Origin: Methanothrix sp.
GTDB taxonomy: Archaea > Halobacteriota > Methanosarcinia > Methanotrichales > Methanotrichaceae
Length of the DNA stretch: 25,995 bases
NCBI GenBank assembly: GCA_037128175.1
Contig: JBAXWY010000041.1
Location: 1 to 25,995, forward strand
Reading direction: 5' to 3'
Shown: in pieces, positions 1-9,069 of the stretch
How positions within the stretch are numbered: the first letter of the stretch is position 1
Layout of the letters: the number at the start of each line of letters is the position of its first letter
Notes under the pieces: model-generated
Databases searched by the model: none
What the model was told of the DNA's origin: nothing
Seen by the model: the letters and a program-made list of their open reading frames with translations, nothing else
Program-made: the position numbers and the translations under genes

Positions 1-272
1 GGGCCGAGAATGCGAAAATTATTACAGGATGGATTGAAAGTGCGGAATGTAGGATTAATTGCCAATAAAGAGGAAACCTGCTCTTTCTCAGCCATCTAAA
101 GTAATATCTACTAAGAATATTTATTTATCTAAATTCTCTAACTGCGTGGGGTGGGGCTTCGAGTGGCTCATGAAAAGCTGGAGAAGTCAGGCAATCGTCT
201 GTTGAAGCCCACATCCCGCAGATGCACCTTCCTAAACCTAGCCATTTCAAATGCTAGACTGCATATTTCCTT

Positions 273-1229
273 TTATCCCATCTTCTCCCTCACCGGCGCC
301 AGTATCTCGTTCATGCACTCTGCGCAGGCCTTTTTGAGATCCATGGGGTGCAGGGCCCCGCTCACGTAGTCCGCTTCCATTGTCTCGTAGTTCTGATAAG
401 AAACATCCCCGCCGAACTTGGCAGGTCTCTTGATAGTCATCCCCGCCTCAATCCTGGGGAAGACGTGATACTTGCATATGGCCAGCACGGGATTGTTCTC
501 CACCACTTTTGCGGGACAAAAGGCGCTCTTGATCTTCTTTTCCACGTCCTCTGCCGGCTCGTCCACAGCAATGTTGTTTCCCTTGGAGGAGGACATCTTC
601 TCTCCATTCAGGCCGGCGATGAGAGGCGTGTGCATGCACACCGGCGCGGGCAGGCCCAGGCGGGGCAGCTCCTCACGAGCCAGCATGTGAATCTTCCTCT
701 GATCAATGCCGCCCACTGCCAGGTCGATCTTCAAATCGGCGATGTCGATGGCTTGCATGAGCGGGTAGATCATCTGCGATACCATGGGGTTCTCCGCACT
801 TCTGGAGACCTCATCCATGCTCCTCTTGGCTCGGTTGAGCGTGGTGTTCCTGGCTATCTGCAGAATCTTAAGCATGTAGTCCGGCTTGAGCTGATAATCT
901 GTGCCGTAGACAAACTCCGTTCTCTCCGGGTCTAAGCCCAGGGCCATGAAGCAGTCCCGGTTGTAGTCGGCAATTTTTCTCACCTCTTCCAGGGTGCCCT
1001 TCTCATTGAGGAAGGCATGCAGATCGGCTAAAAGGACGACGACGTCAAAGCCCACCTTCTGCAGGTCCAGGAGCTTATTGACCGTGAGCATGTGGCCCAG
1101 ATGTACCTTGCCGCTCGTCTCGTAGCCCACGTAGGCGCGCGGCCTGCGGCTCTGCTCCAAAAGGCCCTTGAGTTCGTCTACCGTCACTATCTCTTCAGTA
1201 TTTCTCATCACCAGCTCAAGCTTATCCAA
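273..1229 (-). CDS. tyrS: Tyrosine--tRNA ligase (archaeal type)
   Basis: AYVGYETSGKVHLGH (HIGH-like), YPLMQAID, GGIDQRKIHM and KMSSS motifs. Start moved from 1301 to TTG at 1229 (MDKLELV...), which is preceded by a GGTGA RBS-like sequence. Confidence 0.95.
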   Translation of the reverse strand: MDKLELVMRNTEEIVTVDELKGLLEQSRRPRAYVGYETSGKVHLGHMLTVNKLLDLQKVGFDVVVLLADLHAFLNEKGTLEEVRKIADYNRDCFMALGLDPERTEFVYGTDYQLKPDYMLKILQIARNTTLNRAKRSMDEVSRSAENPMVSQMIYPLMQAIDIADLKIDLAVGGIDQRKIHMLAREELPRLGLPAPVCMHTPLIAGLNGEKMSSSKGNNIAVDEPAEDVEKKIKSAFCPAKVVENNPVLAICKYHVFPRIEAGMTIKRPAKFGGDVSYQNYETMEADYVSGALHPMDLKKACAECMNEILAPVREKMG

Positions 1230-1329
1230 TGCACATTCACCAATCCTCACAAGAGGAATGGGGATGTATAATGCTTTTGGTTCATGTTCATAGGAAAACA
1301 ATTAATACTACCGTTGTTGATGGGCTGCC

Positions 1330-1512
1330 ATGCATAGGGGTAACTTTAGCCTGCCACGCCCTGGCTTAAGCCGCGAGAAGAATCTGGTTCTCATACTACT
1401 GGCCATCCTGGTGGCCCTGGTTCTCTGGGGAACCTTCTGGTGGCTGATGAGAATAGTGCTCTTTGTAGTAGTAGTCTACATTATCTATCAGGTGCTCAAG
1501 CAATACGTTTAG
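1330..1512 (+). CDS. Small membrane protein (two hydrophobic helices)
   Basis: 60-aa ORF with two long hydrophobic stretches, filling the gap between tyrS and mobA. Confidence 0.6.
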   Translation: MHRGNFSLPRPGLSREKNLVLILLAILVALVLWGTFWWLMRIVLFVVVVYIIYQVLKQYV

Positions 1513-1540
1513 AAATTGGTCTCATCCCGGCTCTACCTAT

Positions 1541-2188
1541 CTACCCGGGCCCGTGATCCAGCCAGAGCGCTCTGGCCTTTTCCAGATCTTCTCTGGTATT
1601 CAGATTAAAGAAGGTGAGAAGATCGGGATCCAGGGGGCGCAGCAGATCTACACAGACACGTCTGACGCGTAACTCCTGTAGTGGTGCATGAATTCTGCGC
1701 TCCGCCTTTTCCATAGCCCTCTCGCAGGCCAGCAGCATTTTTTTGCGGTGGTAGACGCAGTGAAGCGGCTCGAAAAAACCATTACTCTGCACGGGAACCG
1801 CCGCGTCAAAGTCCTCTTCGCCGGCCAGCTCGAAGAGCCTCTCGATTACCTGAAGGTTTAAAAACGGCAGATCGCACCCCGTGGCGAAGGCAAAGTTCCC
1901 ACGCGCTTCCTTCATCCCGGCAGAGAGGCCCGCCACCGGCCCAAATCCCGCCACGCGATCCCAGGTGAAGGTGACTTTCGGCTCCGCGGGAGGGGCAAAA
2001 TCCGAGATTATCCCTTCCAGGCGTTCGGCATGAGCCCCATCCCGGGCCACTACTACTATTTCATCAGCCGTCATGCTGAGCCGCTCCGCAGTCCAGCAGA
2101 TGAGCGGCTTTCCTTCGAACTCCAGGAGCGACTTTTCCGCTCCCAGGCGGCGGCCGTTTCCGCCGGCCAGGATCACTGCGGAGCGCAT
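1541..2188 (-). CDS. mobA: Molybdenum cofactor guanylyltransferase
   Basis: AVILAGGNGRRLGAEKSLL, GPVAGL, GCDLPFL, EPLHCVY and FFNLNTREDL motifs. Confidence 0.9.
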   Translation of the reverse strand: MRSAVILAGGNGRRLGAEKSLLEFEGKPLICWTAERLSMTADEIVVVARDGAHAERLEGIISDFAPPAEPKVTFTWDRVAGFGPVAGLSAGMKEARGNFAFATGCDLPFLNLQVIERLFELAGEEDFDAAVPVQSNGFFEPLHCVYHRKKMLLACERAMEKAERRIHAPLQELRVRRVCVDLLRPLDPDLLTFFNLNTREDLEKARALWLDHGPG

Positions 2189-2820
2189 AGCCTCCAGCCG
2201 CTCTCTTTGCAGTCCTCCTCCAGAGCCTTTAGAAGGGCTGCTTTGGGATTGGATTGCTTGACAAGGCTATGCAAAACAATATGCTCACGGCTTACCGATG
2301 CCGTACTCTCCCCTGCTTTGACAAGAATGCTCTTGATGAGAACCTCGTTTACCCTTCCCCCCGCCCGGCCCACCTCTTCATAGGCCAGCTTCTGAGTGAT
2401 GCGGTTGCCAAAGACTATGCATCCCACGCCGTCCCAGGCTCTGATCTTCGCTTCGCCGCCGCCTGCGCCTTTCTCACCTGCACCATCTGCGGCGTCGGCA
2501 TCTTCCCTGCATATTACGTCCACCTGCAAACTGGACCCAGGTGTGAGGTAAATTCTTCTGCGCCGGGAGAGCCTGGCCGATATTTCGGTGACCTCTCCCA
2601 CCAGCAAATCCCCCCGCCTCCAGACCTTCTCCCTGCCGTCAGAGATCTGCAAAGTGGCGCCTAGCTCTCTGGCTCTGTCTGCCAGCTCCTGATCATTTTT
2701 GATCTGCCCGGAGTAAAGCTCCTCTTCCAGCTTGGGGCAAGGGCCTACAAAAGCGATGGCCCGCCGATCGGCTCCAATTACTGCCTCCCGGCTGGCTGCC
2801 AGTGCTATGACCAGGGACAT
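2173..2820 (-). CDS. DUF2121 / Connectase-like protein (proteasome beta-subunit-related Ntn fold of methanogens)
   Basis: N-terminal (M)SLVIA..AVIGADRRAIAF, LEEELYSGQIKNDQEL, LVGEV, RRRIY, FGN..TQK and TASVS match the MJ0548/DUF2121 family as I recall it. Ser1 is the expected nucleophile after Met removal. Confidence 0.8.
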   Translation of the reverse strand: MSLVIALAASREAVIGADRRAIAFVGPCPKLEEELYSGQIKNDQELADRARELGATLQISDGREKVWRRGDLLVGEVTEISARLSRRRRIYLTPGSSLQVDVICREDADAADGAGEKGAGGGEAKIRAWDGVGCIVFGNRITQKLAYEEVGRAGGRVNEVLIKSILVKAGESTASVSREHIVLHSLVKQSNPKAALLKALEEDCKESGWRLCAPQ

Positions 2821-2865
2821 ATCAAATCCTCTTCATTTTAGTTGCGGATGTCATGTCGGTTAGGC

Positions 2866-2905
2866 GCTTTGTGCGTCCTTTGTGAGCTTTGTGATCTTTG
2901 TGGTT
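2866..2905 (-). repeat. ~9-bp periodic CACAAAG element
   Basis: Minus strand reads AACCACAAAG-AT-CACAAAG-CT-CACAAAG-GACG-CACAAAG-C, between folD and the Connectase gene. Confidence 0.8.
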
Positions 2906-2926
2906 TATTTTCGCTGCATTTTATGC

Positions 2927-3766
2927 TTACTTAGCCTGGTTCTCCGTCGCCAAAACGGTCTGGGAGAGCAGCATGGCCACCGTGAGCGGTCCTACCCCGC
3001 CCGGAACTGGGGTTATGGCCGAGGCAATATCCTTTACGGCCTCGTAATCCACATCGCCCACCGTCTTATCTCCAACCCGGTTGATGCCCACATCAAAGAC
3101 AATGGCCCCTGGCCGGACCATCTCCTTCTTGATCAGGGCCGGAACGCCTGCGGCTACTACCAATATCTCAGCATCTCGGGTGTGCTCGGCCAGATCTTTG
3201 GTAAAGACGTGGCAGACCTGCACCGTAGCATTGCGGCTGAGCAGCATGGCCGCCAGAGGCTTGCCGACAACATTGCTGTGGCCCACAATCACGGCCTCCG
3301 CCCCCTCCAGCTTCTTGCCCAGCCGCTCCAGGGCATAGATGATTCCCCTTGGTGTGCAGGGTACGAGGCGCTCCGTGCCCAGAAGAAGAGCGCCCATGTT
3401 CACCGGATGAAATCCGTCCACATCCTTCTCAGGCATTATGCTCATCATGGCCCTTTGCGGGCTCTGGCCTCTCGGCAGCGGCAGTTGCAGGAGAATGCCG
3501 TTTATGTCCGGACGGTCGTTCAGCTCCAATATTCTGGCTATGAGCTCTTCTTCAGAGCTGTTCTCGGGAAGCACCACATTCTCGGATCGAATGCCTACCC
3601 TAGTGCAGGCGGAATGCTTGAGCCGGATGTACATCTCTGAGGCGGGATTTTCTCCCACCAGCACTGTTGCCAGGCCCGGCACAATTGCCCTCTCTGCCAG
3701 CTTTTTTACCCTTCGGGCCGTCTCGACCTCAACCTCCGCCGCCAGAGCTTTTCCATCGATTATCAT
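2927..3766 (-). CDS. folD: Bifunctional methylenetetrahydrofolate dehydrogenase/cyclohydrolase
   Basis: [32 protein letters not shown] and [15 protein letters not shown] at 3766 overlaps the glyA stop (ATGA). Confidence 0.95.
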   Translation of the reverse strand: MIIDGKALAAEVEVETARRVKKLAERAIVPGLATVLVGENPASEMYIRLKHSACTRVGIRSENVVLPENSSEEELIARILELNDRPDINGILLQLPLPRGQSPQRAMMSIMPEKDVDGFHPVNMGALLLGTERLVPCTPRGIIYALERLGKKLEGAEAVIVGHSNVVGKPLAAMLLSRNATVQVCHVFTKDLAEHTRDAEILVVAAGVPALIKKEMVRPGAIVFDVGINRVGDKTVGDVDYEAVKDIASAITPVPGGVGPLTVAMLLSQTVLATENQAK

Positions 3767-5010
3767 GCCAGGTCCGGATAGAGCGGGAACTGCCCGCACA
3801 GCTCACTGGCCTGTCTGCGAACGTCGGCTATCGTCTCTTCGTTCGTAATATCGCGAATCACTGAGGTGATCATATCGGCGATCTGCACCATCTGTTTTTC
3901 CATCATGCCCCTGGTTGTCATGGCAGGTGTGCCGATGCGAATGCCGCTGGTGACGAATGGCGTGGCCGGATCGAAGGGGATCATATTCTTGTTCAGGGTT
4001 ATGCCCGCTCTCTCGAGGGTTTCGTCGGCCACTTTACCGGTTATGCCTTCTTTGATCAGCTTGACCATCATGAGGTGGTTGTCCGTGCCGCCTGAGACCA
4101 GATCAAACTTGTTTTCCAGAAGCCTGTTCGCCAGGACACGAGCGTTCTTGACCACCTGGAACTGGTATTCTTTGAACTCGGGTGCCAGCGCTTCCTTGAA
4201 AGCCACCGCTTTTGCGGCTATGGCATGCATAAAAGGCCCGCCCTGAGTGCCCGGGAAGACGGATCTATCTACGGCAGCAGCAAGCTCCTCTTTACAAATG
4301 ATCAGTGCGCCCCTCGGTCCGCGCAGGGTCTTATGAGTAGTAGTGGTAACGATATCCGAGTAGGGCACGGGTGAGGGATGCGCGCCCACGGCACACAGGC
4401 CCGCGATGTGAGCTATGTCGGCCATGACCTTTGCCCCGACCTCATCGGCAATCTCGCGGACGACCTTGAAGTCTATGGTTCTGGGATAGCTGGAGGCGCC
4501 CACCACTATGAGCTGCGGCCTGTTCTTTCTGGCTATGGCCGCCATCTCGGAGTAGTCGAGCATCTCTGTATCGGGCGAGACGCTGTAAGGCACGATTTTG
4601 TACATCTTGCCCGAGAAGTTGACCGGGCTGCCGTGCGAGAGGTGGCCGCCGTGGGCCAGATTCATGCCCATGATGGTGTCGCCAAGCTTGAGCACGGAAA
4701 AGTAGGCTGCCATATTGGCTTGGGTGCCGCTCACCGGCTGCACATTGACATGCTCTGCGCCGGCAAAGAGCTTCTTGCAGCGCTCGCGAGCCAGATTCTC
4801 TGCCACGTCCACACAGGCCGTGCCGCGGTAGTAGCGTTTGCCTGGGTAGCCTTCCGCATACTTGTTGGTCATGACGCAGCCCTGGGCTTCCATGACGGCT
4901 CTACTTGCGAAGTTCTCAGAGGCGATCAGAATTATGTTATTTCGCTGCCGCTCCAGCTCAGCCTGGATCGCGGCTGCGATTTCGGGATCTTCAACGCTTA
5001 AAGGCTTCAA
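3763..5010 (-). CDS. glyA: Serine hydroxymethyltransferase
   Basis: [40 protein letters not shown] (PLP lysine), GGTDNHL and SGIRIGTPA. Confidence 0.97.
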   Translation of the reverse strand: MKPLSVEDPEIAAAIQAELERQRNNIILIASENFASRAVMEAQGCVMTNKYAEGYPGKRYYRGTACVDVAENLARERCKKLFAGAEHVNVQPVSGTQANMAAYFSVLKLGDTIMGMNLAHGGHLSHGSPVNFSGKMYKIVPYSVSPDTEMLDYSEMAAIARKNRPQLIVVGASSYPRTIDFKVVREIADEVGAKVMADIAHIAGLCAVGAHPSPVPYSDIVTTTTHKTLRGPRGALIICKEELAAAVDRSVFPGTQGGPFMHAIAAKAVAFKEALAPEFKEYQFQVVKNARVLANRLLENKFDLVSGGTDNHLMMVKLIKEGITGKVADETLERAGITLNKNMIPFDPATPFVTSGIRIGTPAMTTRGMMEKQMVQIADMITSVIRDITNEETIADVRRQASELCGQFPLYPDLA

Positions 5011-5078
5011 TCAAATCACCGGTATATCATATCAGGATTGGAGGAGATGCAATGAGGAGAGCAAAATAGATTATGGTG

Positions 5079-5127
5079 GTAAACTACCCAATTCCTCCCA
5101 CTCCCTGAAGAGAGCGGGTCTTCCTGG
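5079..5127 (+). mobile_element. Isolated IS200/IS605-type end hairpin (remnant)
   Basis: CAATTCCTCCCACTCCCTGAAGAGAGCGGGTCTTCC: CCCACTC/GAGCGGG stem around CCTGAA. Shares the ATTCxTCCC..CCTGAA..GGGTCTTC layout with the element at about 25920-25950 (minus strand). Confidence 0.5.
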
Positions 5128-5194
5128 TGTTTTACTTTGACACCGTTTTGTAGAAACCATAACTCTTTATTATCTGCAGTTTTAAGGACATGAG

Positions 5195-5647
5195 ATGCTA
5201 AAGCGTGCCAGGATTATTGCCGATTACCAGTTTGGTAGAGGTGCAGGCGAGGCCCTTTTTCTTGATGACACAACCTACAGCCTCTCCAAAACGCGGCGGC
5301 TTAGGTACCTCTACTCGGGAAAGGAGAGGATCGTCACAGTTCGGGCCAGCGACAACCTCTTGACGCTCAGCATGATGGGCGCAAGACGGCTGCACGCCCG
5401 GTTCGAAAGCCCCCATCTGCGGGTTGTGGCTTCGGAGGATGCCGCGCCATTCGTCGCCAAAGGCGGCAATCTCTTTGCCAAGCATGTTTTAAGCGTGGAC
5501 CCACAGATTCGGGCTGGGGAAGAGGTGCTGGTTGTGAACTCTCAGGATCAACTGCTGGCCACGGGAACAGCCGTGCTCGCGCCTGAGGAGATGCTACAGA
5601 TCAAGCGCGGCATCGCGGTTGCTGCCAGAAAGGCCGCCGAGCATTGA
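5195..5647 (+). CDS. PUA-domain protein, likely the stand-alone C-terminal subunit of split archaeosine tRNA-guanine transglycosylase
   Basis: IADYQFGRGAGEALF, TVRASDNLLTLSMMGARRL, then PUA (FVAKGGNLFAKHV..IRAGEEVLVV..LLATG). Confidence 0.8.
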   Translation: MLKRARIIADYQFGRGAGEALFLDDTTYSLSKTRRLRYLYSGKERIVTVRASDNLLTLSMMGARRLHARFESPHLRVVASEDAAPFVAKGGNLFAKHVLSVDPQIRAGEEVLVVNSQDQLLATGTAVLAPEEMLQIKRGIAVAARKAAEH

Positions 5648-5681
5648 TCGGGCAGCCTTTTTCATCTTTTCTTTATAATTA

Positions 5682-6842
5682 TCACACTCTTCCCAGAGCT
5701 GATATGCCTCTGAACCTCTCCACCGCTTCGGCTATACACTGGGCCACATAGTCTACCTCTTCCGTTGTGTTCGATCGGCCCATGGTGATTCTCAGGGAGC
5801 CGTGGCAATCTTCCGGCTGGAGGCCCAAAGAGAGCAGCACGTGGCTGGGCTGCAGCTTATGCGAGGAGCAGGCCGATCCCGTGGAGACGGCTATGCCTTT
5901 GGAGTCGAGGAAAAGCAGCAGCGATTCGCCTTCCACATATTTGAAGCCGAAATTCAGGCTTCCGGGAAGCCTTCCCTTCATGGTTCCATTGATCCAGGCA
6001 TCCTTGACCTTTCCCAGGACCTGGCTTACAAGTTGATCCCGCAGCTTTGTCAGCCTCTGCCCCTCTGCGGCCATGCCTTCACAACACAGCTCTGCCGCTT
6101 TTGCCAGGCCGACGATGCCCGCCACATTCTCCGTTCCCGAGCGCAGGCCTCTTTCGTGCCCGCCGCCCTGGACGATGCTCTCCAGTTTTGTGCCCCGGCG
6201 AATGTAGAGCGCTCCCACGCCTTTGGGCCCGTAGAGCTTGTGGGCGGAAAGAGAGAGCAGATCGACACCAAGGGCGTTTACATCTGTGGGAATCTTGCCC
6301 ACGCTCTGCACGGCATCAGTATGCAGGTAGATGTCCTTTTCCGCAGCCAGTTTGCCAATCTCCTCCAGCGGCTGGATGGTTCCTATCTCGTTGTTGGCGT
6401 GCATGACCGAGATGAGAATGGTGTCGGGGCGAATGGCCGCCTCAAGTGTTGCCAGGTCCACCAGTCCCTCGCTCGTCACGGGCAGGTAGGTGACGGCAAA
6501 GCCCTCTTTTTCCAGTTTGCGGCAGGTTTCCAGGATGGCAGGATGCTCGACGCAGGTCGTGATAATATGTTTGCCCTTATCCTTATTGCGCCGAGCTATG
6601 CCTTTTAAGGCTAAATTGTCGGACTCTGTGCCCCCCGAAGTGAAGATGATCTCCTCCGGCATCGCTCCCAGGAGTTTTGCCACCTTCTCTCGGGATTCTT
6701 CCAGAGCCTCTTTTGCCTCCAGGCCAAAGCTGTGCAGGCTGGAGGCATTGCCGAACTTATCGGAAAGGTAGGGCATCATGGCCTGCAAGACCTGCGCCGC
6801 CACGGGAGTGGTGGCAGAGTGATCCATGTAAATACGCTTCAT
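5682..6842 (-). CDS. iscS: Cysteine desulfurase (IscS/NifS, group I)
   Basis: IYMDHSATTP, FTSGGTESDN, HTDAVQ, SAHKLYGPKG and STGSACSS (catalytic Cys). Start moved to ATG at 6842. Confidence 0.95.
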   Translation of the reverse strand: MKRIYMDHSATTPVAAQVLQAMMPYLSDKFGNASSLHSFGLEAKEALEESREKVAKLLGAMPEEIIFTSGGTESDNLALKGIARRNKDKGKHIITTCVEHPAILETCRKLEKEGFAVTYLPVTSEGLVDLATLEAAIRPDTILISVMHANNEIGTIQPLEEIGKLAAEKDIYLHTDAVQSVGKIPTDVNALGVDLLSLSAHKLYGPKGVGALYIRRGTKLESIVQGGGHERGLRSGTENVAGIVGLAKAAELCCEGMAAEGQRLTKLRDQLVSQVLGKVKDAWINGTMKGRLPGSLNFGFKYVEGESLLLFLDSKGIAVSTGSACSSHKLQPSHVLLSLGLQPEDCHGSLRITMGRSNTTEEVDYVAQCIAEAVERFRGISALGRV

Positions 6843-6942
6843 CGCTGAGAAATATGGGATGCTAAGGTAAATAGATGACGAACTTGGACCTGCCAATCCA
6901 GTATGAGAAACTATAAGTATGCAGCAAAAGGACGGGGAAATC

Positions 6943-7194
6943 ATGAATCTGTCCATCCCATTATTTTCAACGCCGCTATTGATTGCCGCGGCCCTCATCG
7001 CTTTGGGCTTCATAACCTATCTCTTCTCGGCCAGGCTTGGTGTGATTCTCATGGGCGCCGGCAGCGTGATCATGGGCGCGGTGGTCATATTCGATCTGCC
7101 CAACGGCATGGGACTGCAAAGCCTGGTTCTCTTCGGAATTACTGTGCTGGTGGGGGGATGGATGATGTATGTGGGAGTGAAGAACAGAGGATAA
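6943..7194 (+). CDS. Small membrane protein (about three TM helices)
   Basis: Highly hydrophobic ORF. Probable start at ATG 6943 (alternative 6919). Confidence 0.7.
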   Translation: MNLSIPLFSTPLLIAAALIALGFITYLFSARLGVILMGAGSVIMGAVVIFDLPNGMGLQSLVLFGITVLVGGWMMYVGVKNRG

Positions 7195-7263
7195 TAGATC
7201 TATCAAGAATAAATTTATATATCATCATTTACTATTAATATCTCGATCAGAAGGGATGTTAAA

Positions 7264-8181
7264 ATGAATCGAATTTCAGCTCCGGTAAAGATACTGCTAT
7301 TGCTAATTTTTTTTATATCTCTGACGTCAATTGCAGCTATGGCACAGGGTCCGGCCACCATCTATTTCGCAGATGCAATGGAAAACCCAGGAAAGGTTTA
7401 CTCGTCTGCTATGAGCGGAAGTGAGAATGTCTATTTCGCCCGCCCGTCCGGAAACATCTACACCTTTGCCTTCCATCCTTATGTGCCAGAGAAGCTATAC
7501 TATGTGAATGCTAATGATAATAAGATCTACCTGGCCACAAGGACCACAGGCGGGACCTGGACTACTACGGATCAGGTGGCCTACACGCATAGCACTTATA
7601 TCAGGGACCTGGAATACTACCCAACTGATTCCGGCGGACTTGAGATCTATTTTAGCGAGTCTAGTGGAGCTGGCGCAGACGGTCAGATCTACCTCTTATC
7701 AGGAGGGGCTGCAACTCCCTATTATACCGTGAGGCTCTCAGATGTCGATGGTTTTTGGGCAGGAGATTTCATCCATGACTCGGATGGCAATCTTTACCTC
7801 AGCTCAGGAAACCAGATCCCTGCCTCTATCTATCGAGTATCCGGCGGAACTGTCAGCAGGATCTACACCAGCAATAATGCTCCAATAACCGGCATGGCCT
7901 ACCGGGATGGAAGCATTTACTATGCCAATTGGGGCAATGAGATCCACCGCCTGGTGCTCTCAACGCTGGTTGATTCAGTCGTCAGGTCTCAGCCCGGACA
8001 CACCTGGATCTCAGATGTAGGACTTTCATCATTCGGCGCTACGACTGGGGTATTGGCAGACGCATCCGGCATCAGAAACTCAGGAATAGTGCCAAATGTC
8101 ATGGGAAAGATAGGGATGTCAAAGAACCCAATTGACCAATTGAATCCTCAGCCTGAGCCACCCAAACCCAAGTATTATTAA
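7264..8181 (+). CDS. Secreted beta-propeller-like protein with C-terminal LNPQPEPP motif
   Basis: Signal peptide (KILLLLIFFISLTSIAAMA), repeated blade-like units (KLYYVN, EIYFSE, DSDGNLYLSS, RDGSIYYANW), and upstream TTTATATA. Confidence 0.75.
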   Translation: MNRISAPVKILLLLIFFISLTSIAAMAQGPATIYFADAMENPGKVYSSAMSGSENVYFARPSGNIYTFAFHPYVPEKLYYVNANDNKIYLATRTTGGTWTTTDQVAYTHSTYIRDLEYYPTDSGGLEIYFSESSGAGADGQIYLLSGGAATPYYTVRLSDVDGFWAGDFIHDSDGNLYLSSGNQIPASIYRVSGGTVSRIYTSNNAPITGMAYRDGSIYYANWGNEIHRLVLSTLVDSVVRSQPGHTWISDVGLSSFGATTGVLADASGIRNSGIVPNVMGKIGMSKNPIDQLNPQPEPPKPKYY

Positions 8182-8188
8182 GAATTGG

Positions 8189-8237
8189 AAGAGGGGCGAA
8201 AAAAGACCCAATTGTCCAGTGTTTTTTGTCCCCTCTT
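8189..8237 (+). terminator. Inverted repeat / putative terminator
   Basis: AAGAGGGG-CG-AAAAAA ... TTTTTT-GT-CCCCTCTT followed by T-runs, just downstream of the stop codon. Confidence 0.5.
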
Positions 8238-8350
8238 TTGGCACATGTTTTTGGGCTCTGCACCTTTGGCCACCCGTCCGCTAAAAGATATCACCGTCCG
8301 ATAGCATTGAGGCTCGGAGAGGAAGCGAAGCCTTGTCCCCGGGACCATGG

Positions 8351-8364
8351 GAAATCCTTATATG
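8351..8364 (+). promoter_or_regulatory. BRE/TATA box of the tRNA gene
   Basis: GAAATCCTTATATG about 30-40 nt upstream of the tRNA 5' end. Confidence 0.55.
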
Positions 8365-8393
8365 CCACCTCTGCATCCTAGGGTGCGCCATGC

Positions 8394-8466
8394 GGGGCCA
8401 TAGGGTAGCCTGGTATCCTACAGGACTGGGGGTCCTGTGACCGGCGTTCAAATCGCCGTGGCCCCA
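8394..8466 (+). tRNA. tRNA-Pro (GGG)
   Basis: Acceptor stem GGGGCCA/TGGCCCC plus discriminator A; anticodon arm CAGGA-CTGGGGG-TCCTG; T arm CGGCG-TTCAAAT-CGCCG. No intron and no encoded CCA. Confidence 0.95.
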
Positions 8467-8563
8467 TTAAAGTGCTCTTTCGTTAGCGATTTTTAATTAA
8501 GTTGAGTCTTTATGTGTCACAGGATTGTGTCCTTTTCTCCCAGGAGATTTATCTTTGCAACTA

Positions 8564-8704
8564 ATGAATATAAATGAGTAGATAAAAAATACAACTGATT
8601 TTGAACCTGCCTTGAAGAGATTCCGGCGCTATCTTGAAGGCCAAGGAATGATGGAAGCCACTGTAACCGGCTATTTAGGCAACGTAGGAAGATATCTCAA
8701 ATTT
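8564..8704 (+). pseudogene. Tyrosine recombinase/integrase N-terminal (SAM-like) remnant
   Basis: Frame reads MNINE*IKNTTDFEPALKRFRRYLEGQGMMEATVTGYLGNVGRYLKF, fitting the F..YL..G....T...Y...V..FL pattern of integrase N-termini. In-frame TAG at 8579, truncated at about 8704, and located 100 bp after a tRNA. Confidence 0.65.
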
Positions 8705-9045
8705 TTACCCCTTGGATTCTCCTGGCAATCAGGAAGCTATTTGTAGGCGGAGTCAGTACATCTTGAATCCCGATTATTACCATTGTGGGTGCACCAATGG
8801 CATTCAAGCGTCCATCCACATCGAAAGCCATGGGACTAAAGCTGGGCCTCGTAGGCCGAAAGCGTGCCCGGAAAAGACTGGCCTGAATCTTCCGCCCCAC
8901 TGTATCCGGATGAGCATAAATGAAATATCCGATGCCATTTTGCGGGGCTATTCCCGCCTCTCACCTACTCCCTCCCGAAACATAGGCAGGATCAATCCCA
9001 AGGCCCTTCATCAGGCCCACAGTATCCCCGGCCACCCGGCTCAAT
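8697..9045 (-). pseudogene. Alpha/beta hydrolase remnant
   Basis: Fragments in different ORFs: AGDTVGLMKGLGIDPAYVSGGS* (degenerate nucleophile elbow) and FDVDGRLNAIGAPTMVIIGIQDVLTPPTNSFLIARRIQG. N-terminus and catalytic His region are missing. Confidence 0.65.
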
Positions 9046-9069
9046 GGCACAACCGGGGCCGGGCTGACC

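Noticed and set aside
2882-6608. Long antisense ORFs (2882-3640, 4378-5001, 5802-6608; also 348-935)
   Set aside because: Shadow ORFs opposite well-supported genes.
6843-7013. N-terminal extension of IscS (and similar extensions of TyrS, FolD and the transglutaminase)
   Set aside because: Family homology or the signal peptide begins at downstream starts, and the extensions run into neighbouring genes or intergenic DNA.
8579-8581. Pyrrolysine read-through of the in-frame TAG
   Set aside because: The gene is truncated anyway, there are no pyl genes in the window, and a single-base nonsense change is simpler.
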